From assembly GCA_964016885.1 (NCBI GenBank), contig OZ024740.1, positions 90,458,001 to 90,522,000 of the forward strand: a DNA stretch of 64,000 nucleotides, read 5' to 3'. How positions within the stretch are numbered: position 1 is the first letter of the stretch; each line of letters opens with the position of its first letter. The notes below the pieces were generated by a model that did no database searches, was not told the origin of the DNA, and saw only the letters and a list, made by a program, of their open reading frames with translations. The position numbers and the translations under genes were made by a program. This document shows positions 53,576 through 64,000 of this stretch, piece after piece. The stretch comes from Eledone cirrhosa. Its lineage: Eukaryota.

Positions 53576-53613
53576 CCTTTACCGGTTTCGCAGTTCTTCT
53601 GCTTTTCAAAAGG
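53576..53613 (-). ncRNA. minimal hammerhead, UUGAAAA core
   Basis: cctt-TTGAAAA-GCAG aagaa CTGC-GAAA-C cg GTA-aagg. Confidence 0.75.
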
Positions 53614-53665
53614 TGAGTTGAGATGGAGGGTCTGTGGTTTTTCTGACATGTGAGAAAAACCACTG

Positions 53666-54489
53666 ATTCCATTTCGATTCTCTTTATTTTTTAAATTCAC
53701 ATACCACAATTGCGAAACGGATTTAGGTTTCGAGGTTCAAATTCGTCTACAGAACAGGTTTGGATTTTGAAATTTAAATCTGTCCAGGAATCATGGCAGT
53801 TGCCAATATAAACTTGTCTTTATTGACTTATATCGAGACATACAAATTGTATTCACTTTAATTAGTTTATTTCATTAATAGCTGACTGTCTGTTGCAATG
53901 CAAACACGTTTTGTGTTTATCATATATTTTAATGTATTTAACTGCTCGGAAATGCCCCTTTCCTGGAGCTTAATTATTGTAAAGGACTGAGAGCTTATTC
54001 TCAAAATATTATATAGTATATTGCTCCTTAAATGTTAGAGCTGATCTTTAATCCCGCATATATGGCTGTTATTTCTAGCACCGTTAATGCGGGACGGCTG
54101 GTTTGGTCTGGCTATACACGTGTAGTCAGACATGCAACATTTTTTGATGTGAGATGTACTAATTTCTACTGGATTCCTGTTGATATGCACAGAAGATTTG
54201 GATATTTCACTTTTTATTTCAATTCCATTTCGATTCTCTTTATTTTTTAAATTCACATACCACCATTGCGAAACGGATTTAGGTTTCGAGGTTCAAATTC
54301 GTCTACAGAACAGGTTTGGATTTTGAAATTTAAATCTGTCCAGGAATCATGGCAGTTCCCAATATAAACTTGTCTTTATTGACTTATATCGAGACAGACA
54401 AATTGTATTCACTTTAATTAGTTTATTTCATTAATAGCTGACTGTCTGTTGCAATGCAAACACGTTTTGTGTTTATCATATATTTTAAC

Positions 54490-54492
<3 letters not shown>
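53666..54492 (+). repeat. about 1.5 head-to-tail copies of a 556-bp ORF-less unit ending in (TA)n
   Basis: attccatttcgattctc occurs at 53666 and 54222. About 270 bp is duplicated nearly identically. Confidence 0.85.
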
Positions 54493-54575
<83 letters not shown>

Positions 54576-54636
54576 ATACATATATACATATACGCATGCA
54601 CATACACATACAAACCCATACACATGCACACCCATA

Positions 54637-54684
<48 letters not shown>

Positions 54685-54691
54685 TACCCCC

Positions 54692-54736
<45 letters not shown>

Positions 54737-55138
54737 CAGAAACACTCAAATGCTTATATGTTCATTTATTACTATGAATATAAATTTACAGACGAAAATA
54801 ACGTATCAATGTGTACACGATGCCTTTAAGTGGTATAATCTATATTACTTCTTATTTGCACATGTTTCTTCAAAACATATGTAACATCAAAATATGGATT
54901 TCTATTTTCGATTACTTTGAGTTAGATTCATTGAAACATGTAGATTCAGGTAATGTTATTATTCTTGTCCCACTTGAATTGAGTATGTTACAGTCACCTC
55001 TCCGCTGTATAGATTTATATTGCTTTTCGAAGAATGTAAACGGGCATATCCATTCGTGATATTAACTAAGTGATACACACACACACATACTATTGCACAT
55101 ACACGCACAAAATGTGTCGAATATATATATGTATATAT

Positions 55139-55270
<132 letters not shown>

Positions 55271-55393
55271 GAGGTGAGTTTTATTGTAGTACAATAAAGC
55301 AATGCAGATATCGGATAAGTAGCACTCTACAGTTTGTACGACTGGATTATAAATAATATATAAGATCAACAGATGGTTAAAAGTGTTCCATCT

Positions 55394-55462
55394 ATTTTAT
55401 TATGCGCATTTCAAAAACAAATATCATCATGCAATAATATTTGTGTTTTCATCAGATAAAAT
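55394..55462 (-). ncRNA. type-I hammerhead ribozyme in inverted pseudo-LTR
   Basis: attttat-CTGATGA-aaacacaaat..atttgttttt-GAAA-T gcgc ATA-ataaaat. Confidence 0.78.
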
Positions 55463-56685
55463 AGGAAGACATGATATGAAGGTTAAAAAACACTTGTGAA
55501 TAATGCAGTTTTAAATCAACATATGAAATGTAGTTTTAGATTGGTATGTGATATTGGAAAACAAATTGAGGGGTGAGGGTGGAAAGGATGAAAAAGTGGA
55601 GGAGATTAGAGTAAAGAATGGAGGGGCAGGAGTATAATATGGAAGGATGAGATAGGAGGAGAGATGGGTGATAGAGAGAGAGAGATAGCTTTTATAACTG
55701 AGACTAATCGCCCCCTCTAAATCAGATCTGGGGTTTGTTAGCAAAGCCATCTCGGATAGAATTATTCCACAGGTTCGTTCTAATTGCCTTACTTCGAACT
55801 TAAATGTATGGTTTGGTACTTCTGAAGTGATTGGCTGGTTCAACAAATTGTATAAGAAAAACAAACAAAAATGTATTCAAGTTGATATTGCCAGCTACTA
55901 TTCTTCTATTTCGCCCTCACTTCTCAACAATGCTCTATCTTTCGCTTACAAATATTCAGACATCACCACAGATGAACTACACATCATTCTCACCGCACGT
56001 AAAACCATCCTAGAGTTCAACAATGAATATTGGACCAGAGCTGATACCTCTAACACCTTTGACATCACAATGGGAGCATCCGATTCATCCCAATTGACAG
56101 ATTTAATTGGTATCTTTATTTTGAACTCTTTGAATCGGAAATTTCCTCAGCTTCGCGGTGGAATTTATCGTAACGATGGACTTTTACTATCTTAAATTGC
56201 AACATAGTTAACCTTAATATTATTAATATAATTACAATTAATATAATTACAATATACGTAATCTCTTTAACCAACATAACTTAAAAATTGAATTTGATAA
56301 CAACATCAAACTAGCTAATTTCTTGGATGTATCTATTAATCTTGACACTGGCCTATATTACCCTTACCATAAAAACAATGAGAATATAAATTATGTTAAT
56401 TTTAAATCTAACCACCCAAATAATATTAAGAATGCTATAGTTAGTAATATTGGAAATATAATATCCAACCTATCATCTAATAAAAACATCTTTGATGCTA
56501 ACACCAATTACTATAATAACGCGCTTTCTAATGCCGGTTATCCTGATGAAATCAAATATAGTAAAGAAACAAATTCTAGAAGATCTTACAGTAGAATAAT
56601 TAATCATGATCATTCCAATAACTTTAATAAAATACCTAGATACAAAAACATAATCTGGTATAATGCTCCTTTCTCCATCTCTATT

Positions 56686-56793
56686 AATAATAATTGTTTC
56701 TACTTTAGGCACAAGGCCAGCAATTAACCAGTGCATTACTGGTACTTTATTTTATCGACCCCGTAAGGATGAAAGGCAAAGTCAACCTCGGCA
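56686..56793 (-). mobile_element. SINE fragment inserted in the PLE ORF
   Basis: Matches 4134-4240. Confidence 0.8.
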
Positions 56794-58641
56794 ATATTTC
56801 TAAATTATCTTTAGTGCCTTAAATAAATGCTTCCCTCCCTCACATATCTATAGTAAAATATTTAACAAACACACTGTAACATTTTCCTATTCGACCTCCT
56901 CCAACATCTCCAACATTATCTCTAAACACAACAATAACATACTAAATACTAAATCTCTTCCTTCCAACACTGAATATCATAATAATAGAAATAGTACTCC
57001 CGTCGTCATTGTTAACTCTAGGCTAATTTCTGCAAACCCAAACACAACGTCAAACGCAACTTCGTTAAATGTTCTTAATCCCAATCTAAATCAAGAAACT
57101 ATTATTCATATCGTAAATAACTTCTCCAATCCAATTCGTTCTGTAGATAACACTAGGTCACTTGTTAGTAACTCTGTTAATTTCTCTAATCGCAATTGCA
57201 ATTGCCCTGTATAAAATAAATGTCCTCTCAACAACCATTGTCTTGAAAAACACTTAATCTATGAATGTAAAGTAATAACTGACACCAATTCCTTTATCTA
57301 TTTTGGCTCCACTTTCACCTCCTTTAAAGCTCGTCTTTATAATCATAATTCCTCTTTTAAATACCAACTTAAAAGAACCAACACGGCACTCTCAGAACTC
57401 ATATGGTCCTTGAAAGACAAACATATTAACTATAACATCTCTTGGAGGAAGGTTTGTTCTGCTACTCCATACTTGAATGCTTCTCTATCCATGACATGTA
57501 ATCTCTGTTTATGTGAGAAATTTACCATCATACCTAATTTAGATTCTATAATAAATAGATGCACTGACTTGTTTTCTCTCTGCTTGCATAAATTACACAG
57601 AACATTCCATAAAGTATACAGCTAATATCAAATATTTTACCAAATTAAAATCCATTTTTTCAAAGGCACATATATATATATACATATATATTTCTTTAAA
57701 AATATACCGATCGTTCTACCTTATTTCAATGCCATTTATTATACATTATTTAATACTAGTTACCCATTCTATATCACTCCTATTTATCACTTCCCTTTCT
57801 TCCTTTTTTTTTATTTTCTTCTTTTAATTTCTAACTTCTAATCTGTACCTTTTCTTCCTAGATACTTCTCAATTCTCATTATTACTCACCACAATATATC
57901 CACTCTTCTTTCTTCCATCCTATCACTGGCCATAACATTTACTGTTACCGTTTTAAATACTTTATAGTATCACCTTGTAAAATCCTTCGAAAACATAAAT
58001 ATTTTTTTGACGTTAGATTATTCATCCTCAATTCATTATTTTTTCTCCCTTTCAAGCTCATCTAACATCTACATATTACACATAATCATCCACTATTCTA
58101 CCTTTTTTCACAATATATCCTTAATTACATTACTATTTTTATATATTTTTTTAATAATACTTATCAACAATTTCTTTCCATCGCACATATTATTAAACTC
58201 TTCAATATTCAAACCTTAATTTAATATTATTCTTAATACATATTAACAATTTATTTTCATCGCACATATTATTAAACCCTTCAATATACAAACCTTAATT
58301 TAACATTATTCTTAAATTTTTCTCTTCGTAAATTTTCAAATTCTTTTAATTTATATATTATCTTCCAACGGTTTTTGAACCTCTCTCTGTAAAACAATAA
58401 CTTTTTCTCAGTTATAGAAGCTATCTCTCTCTCTCTATCACCCATCTCTCCTCCTATCTCCTCCTTCCTTATTATACTCCTCCCCTTCCAATCTTTATTC
58501 TCATCTCCTCCTCCTTTTCATCCTTCCACCCCCCCTCAATTTTTTTCAGAATATCACACATCAATCTAAAACTACTTTTCATATGTTGATTTAAAACTGC
58601 ACTATTCACAATGTTTTTTAACCTTCATATCATGTCTCCCT

Positions 58642-58710
58642 ATTTTATCTGACGAAAACGCAAATTGCATCGCATGATGATATTTGTTTTTGAAATGCGC
58701 ATAATAAAAT
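58642..58710 (+). ncRNA. type-I hammerhead ribozyme in 3' pseudo-LTR
   Basis: attttat-CTGACGA..GAAA-T gcgc ATA-ataaaat. Confidence 0.78.
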
Positions 58711-59191
58711 ATATGGAACTCTTCTAACCATCTTTTGATCTTATGTATTATATATATATATATATATATATATGATAAAATGGGGAGAAAAATACTGCTG
58801 GTAGCACATGGATAACATGTAATAAAATAAGTCCCTCATCAGTGATTTGCCGACGATCATAGATATTTCATTGCATTAAAAATCATATACCTCACGTCGG
58901 TGCAATAATAACTAAATTAAGTTATTAGGACAATTAAAACGCGTAAAGCGAGTGAGACAGGAAAACAACAAAGAGTAGAGCTAACCGTAGAGGAAGGAAA
59001 CATGCTTCATAGTTATTCTGTTAGCGTAAGCTAGGTGAATATATGAGCGCTTAGAAAAAAGACCTTTGGCGAACGAATGCAATGTAAGAAAGAGAGAAAT
59101 TGCTTTCGTTACGAACGGGGTGAAGTGAGGAGAGGATAAACAGTGAGTGAGTGAGTGGAAGTGTGAGGAAGAGTTAACTGACACGACATAT

Positions 59192-59231
<40 letters not shown>

Positions 59232-59351
59232 GAAACATAAGTCAATTGAATGAACTCATAAACCATTATTTACTGCTATATATATTTCTATGTTATTCAG
59301 TTCTTAGATATGCCACCTCTGTGTTTATAGTGTTCATGGTATCAGAGCCTT

Positions 59352-59423
<72 letters not shown>

Positions 59424-59527
59424 TGTAGGAGGTGAGTTTTATTGTAGTACAATAAAGCAATGCATATATATTGATTTAAAACTGCACTATCCACAAGTGT
59501 TTTTTAACCTTCATATTATGTCTTCCT

Positions 59528-59596
59528 ATTTTATCTGATGAAAACACACATGTTATTGCATGATGATATTTGTTTTTGAAATGCGCATAATAAAAT
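59528..59596 (+). ncRNA. type-I hammerhead ribozyme in a solo pseudo-LTR fragment (59423-59635)
   Basis: Same family as 55394 and 58642. Confidence 0.75.
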
Positions 59597-59627
59597 ACAT
59601 GGAACTCTTTTAACCATCTGTTGTTCT

Positions 59628-59668
<41 letters not shown>

Positions 59669-59822
59669 TTGGAGCTCTGAAATACCAATATATATATGAA
59701 TGTATATATAATGTATTTTGCAATAAACTTTATGCTTAATGAAAAGCATTTTGAAGACCGTATGCTATTGTTTTAGAGTAGTGACAAACTCACTTACTTT
59801 AATCTCAGCAAGTAAGTGGAGA

Positions 59823-59871
59823 TTAGCCGTCAAGGCCTTGTTTCGCATTTGTTGATGCTTATCAAGGCTAA
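59823..59871 (-). ncRNA. hammerhead, UUGAUAA core (triplet mutated to GAC)
   Basis: ttagcc-TTGATAA-GCAT caacaa ATGC-GAAA-C aaggcctt GAC-ggctaa. Confidence 0.6.
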
Positions 59872-60039
59872 CCACTCCCTCCTATCTACTGAGATCACTG
59901 ATGTTATATTCTTATACAATTCTAGTAAATAATCAGGAACTGATTATACACAGCGGTTGCCGGTCAGGCAGAAATTAAAAATTAGAATTGGAGCTCTGAA
60001 ATAGCAATATATATATGAATGTATATATAATGTATTTTA

Positions 60040-62567
60040 CTACCTCATTCTTTGGTCCTACACACTCAACCAACTTAAGGATTTCAAAAACTTAATAAAC
60101 GGCATCAATAACCACATCCAATTCACACTGGAATACAGCCAAGATAAACTCCCATTTCTGGACATCTTAATCTTTAAAAAAGACACAAATATCGAAACTG
60201 ACATACACTACAAACCAACAGATTCCAAACAATATCTGCTATTCACCTCCAACCATCCAAAGCACACGAAAACGAACATTCCTTTTAACCTAGCAAGAAG
60301 AATTTGCACAATTGTCTCCAATTATGAGACGCGAAATAAAAGACTTCAAAAATTAAAGGAAATTCTACTCGAGAGAGAGTAGCCACTATTACTAATAAAT
60401 AATGGAATAGAAAGGGATAAAGCAATAGGCATTGATGAATTACGGAAACAGAAACATATTCAAGGTACGTCCATTATTCAATCATATATCTCAACACACA
60501 ACCCAAGAAATGCGGAAGCTTGCAACACTATCCACAAGAACATCCCACTACTAAAACAAAACCCAAGAATGAAAAAACCCTTGAAACACACAAAATAATC
60601 AAAAACAAAAGACAACCAAAATCACTGAAAACATTACTCACCAATGCCAAATTACCTACCGCAAAACCCACAACCAAGTATCAAAGAATGTGGTCGCTCT
60701 AATTGTGGAACCTGCACTCACCTCATTGAAGGCAACATGTATACATTTATATCAGTACACAATTTTACTGTAAAAAATAACTTCACTTGCTCATCAAAAA
60801 ATCTATTTTATGCCATTAAATGTAAAGGATGCAATGAAGATTATATAGGACAAACTAAACTCACACTCAGAAACAGAATGACAGTTCATCGCAAACAATT
60901 ACGAGATCCAACCACGAGACAGATACCACTAAGTGGACATCTAGACATGTGCGCAAGTAATAAGACACCCACATTCCAAGTCTTCCCTTTTTACCTTTGC
61001 GCTAACAATACAACAGAACAAATACGAATAAATAAGGTAAATCTGTTTATTCAAAAATATAGACCAGCATTAAATATGGTTTAATATACATTATGTCAAC
61101 ACCATAATATGACATACACACACACACATAACACCTTCTACTTTAGAAAATAAAAACCCGAACTAAATAAACCGTAACATACGTTTGCACTGACAATAAA
61201 ACAGAACAAATACGAATAAGTAAGGAAAATATGTTCATTCAAAAATATTCCTACTAAAGGAATCATTTTCCTACACACCCACACACACACACACACAATA
61301 TATATATATATACTCTTCATCTTAACATGCTAACCATACTCCCACACACATAACACCCATACACACATATAACAAAAAGCCACACCCACAACTGCCTCCT
61401 CCATTTCTACTAATAGAACCACTTTCCCACACACATATATACATACACACAAAATATATATTCTCTCCATCTTAACATACTCGCACACACACACATATAA
61501 CACCCATATACACACACAACTCCCTCCCCCATTTCTAGTAATAGAATCATCTTCCAATACACACACACACACACACACCCACACACACACACAAGCATAC
61601 AAATAAACATACATATCTTTACTTCAATAGAAAATCTGAACTCTGACACCCAAGCGAACTAACCATATTCACTGAACAAGAACAATTCTCCCGATCCCAT
61701 TTCTCTAGACCACTATCTTTCCATTGTCATAACATTCTCTACAAGGGCTACAGAATAGATTTCCAAATAAGGGCGCAAAATGTAATGAAAACTTGTTCAC
61801 GTGACAGCCAAATTTCATTTATAACCAATCACATTACGTTTATTAAAAAAAAAAAGCCTTCGTGAGCCACCCTTTTTTTAAGTAAAGAAATTCAAACACA
61901 CACACACACAACACACACACACGCACACGCACACACACACAAGCACACAAATAAACATACATATCTTTACTTTCTTTATTCAATAGAAAATCTGAATTCT
62001 GACACCCCAGAGAACTAACCATATTCACTGAACCAGAACAATTCTCCCATCCCTTTCTCTTGACCATTATCTTTCACTTATCATAAAATTCTGTAAAAAG
62101 GCTACAGAATGCATTTCCAAATAAGGGCACGAAAATTTAATGAAAACTTGTTCACCTGACAGCCATAATTTCATTGATAACCAACCAAAAAGAAGCCTTC
62201 GTGAGCCTCTTTTTTCAAGTAAAAAGAAATTCAAACACTCATATATGAAAAAAAACAACCTGTGACAACCCCGCCCTCTTATTTGAAGAACTATTGTAAC
62301 GCGAACTGGCGCAAAATTTATTATAATTATTGACAAACCAATCAAATTGCTTCTCGAAAAACCTGGCATTTCGAGCCACTTTTTCCATATAAAACAAGTA
62401 ACATTCAGAGACCAGCCAGATGTGAGAAAAACCATAGACCCTCCATCTCAACTCATCGTTTGAAAAGCAGAAGAACTGCGAAACCAGTAAAGGAACCAAA
62501 TAAATATATATATTTTTTAAAAAAATAACACTCCAGTTGCATTTTCGATTTCATCTCGTTTTCTTTA
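60040..62567 (+). mobile_element. Penelope-like element (Neptune-like), 5'-truncated
   Basis: IQFTLEYS..LPFLDILI..HYKPTDSKQYL..NHPKHTK and GIY-YIG CGRSNCGTC..YAIKC..YIGQT (60644-61084). The 3' region ends with a UUGAAAA HHR (62456-62493) and (TA)n. Confidence 0.85.
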
Positions 62568-63087
62568 TATATATATATATATACAATATATATGTGTGTA
62601 TAAATATATATAGAATGAAATTAATATTCCCACACGTACTAAGTACCCTCGGATATATATAGGGTGTCTATAATACATTTGTTGTTATTGTTAATAATTT
62701 GAGATACCAGAACTATAAAATTGAGATGAGCGGATATTTTCTATTTAATTTTGGTTGTAATTCTTGGTTGTAAATCACAGAGGCAATAAACATTAAAAAA
62801 ATAAATAAACAAAAGAATTAAAAGAATTACAACCAAAATTAAATAGAAAATATGAGTGGAACAGCAACATCACAACTTACAATTAAGGACAAAATGAAAA
62901 CACACACACACATAGAACAAACAACCAACCGGTAACATGTAAATAAACAAATAAATAAACGAATATAAACACACACAGACACCCGGATGTGGCGCATGCG
63001 CAGACTGAGCACACAATACACACACAGAAACGAAATGGCGTAGCACAGAACAAATGAGAGGCACAAAAACAAAGAAAATAATACCCA

Positions 63088-63130
63088 GTCACTGAAGAGG
63101 TCACATAATGTGTGACGAAAGAACTTTGAC
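63088..63130 (+). ncRNA. minimal hammerhead (CUU triplet) in a pseudo-LTR fragment related to 12067-12442
   Basis: gtca-CTGAAGA-gGTCACA taatg TGTGAC-GAAA-G aa CTT-tgac. The fragment ends tgaccctcccaaagtataacaatat, like 12421-12445. Confidence 0.65.
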
Positions 63131-63344
63131 AATATATAAACAACTATCTGGTTGTGGAACCAACCAACCAACCAGAAATTTAATTTATAAATTCCTAAAT
63201 TTATGAATTTATTATAATAAATTGAAGTGAAATATCAGGTGCGTGTGTTTCTTATTGGCAACATGACCCTCCCAAAGTATAACAATATCGGTTTCAACAC
63301 ACGATTTCAGATAAAGCATCTTGCAAAACAAATTCAGAAACGAA

Positions 63345-63382
<38 letters not shown>

Positions 63383-63579
63383 ATGTATATAACATTAGTA
63401 TTGGTGCTTACTTAAATTTTCGGCACACAGGGGAGATAATTTGCCAGATAAGTTGGCTACCGAATATTTAAGTAAGCGCGATGTGGCTACTTTAAAACCA
63501 TAGCGTCTGATCTTCAAAATGCTTTTAAGTAAGCATACGGTGTATTGCAAAATACAAAACATATACATTCATATATGCA

Positions 63580-63644
<65 letters not shown>

Positions 63645-63717
63645 ATATATAGATATATATAAATGTAAGTATGTATGTATACGTACATACATATATGTAT
63701 ACAGACGTACAGTAGCA

Positions 63718-63759
<42 letters not shown>

Positions 63760-64000
63760 TACGTACAGGTACACATACATATATGTACGTATCAGTTTAG
63801 CGGACGCTTATTATAGCGCCCGCTTTGTTCGTTTGTAAACAAACTGAACAACCTGAATTTATGCCGTACGGTGTTAAGGCAACCGCGTCACCTTTTTCTT
63901 CAACACTGGCAGAGGAACGATGTACTAGTTTCAAGCTTGTTAGCTATCATCAGCACCGTATACCCTTCTGCCAGATGGTTGAAATTTCGAAAGTATATAC

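Noticed and set aside
58830-58850. CTGATGA on the minus strand in a (TA)-flanked island
   Set aside because: No matching GAAA, stem III or stem I found.

Overview
AT-rich, microsatellite-dense eukaryotic DNA. The tRNA-like SINE sequence suggests an octopod or other coleoid cephalopod (inference). I see no intact host gene. The window consists mostly of transposon relics: at least six Penelope-like (PLE; RT plus C-terminal GIY-YIG) insertions of three types, a Tx1/L1-clade LINE nested in one of them, RTE-type LINE relics, a mariner relic, two Helitron-like elements and four SINE copies. The main signal not shown by the ORF track is RNA-level. More than 30 type-I hammerhead ribozyme (HHR) motifs from over 10 families sit in short, mostly ORF-less elements between (TA)n tracts, often as fold-back inverted duplications. 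The clearest case is a near-perfect array of about 5.6 copies of a 465-467-bp unit (47448-50038), with one intact minimal HHR per unit and a 5' inversion folded at an intrinsic hairpin. This is a candidate retrozyme (self-cleaving, circle-forming RNA mobilised by PLEs). At least one further family, and possibly three, shows circular permutation. Non-canonical HHR cores (UUGANAA, CCGAAGA, CAGAAGA) and NUU cleavage triplets recur. All structures were read by eye, and element boundaries are approximate.
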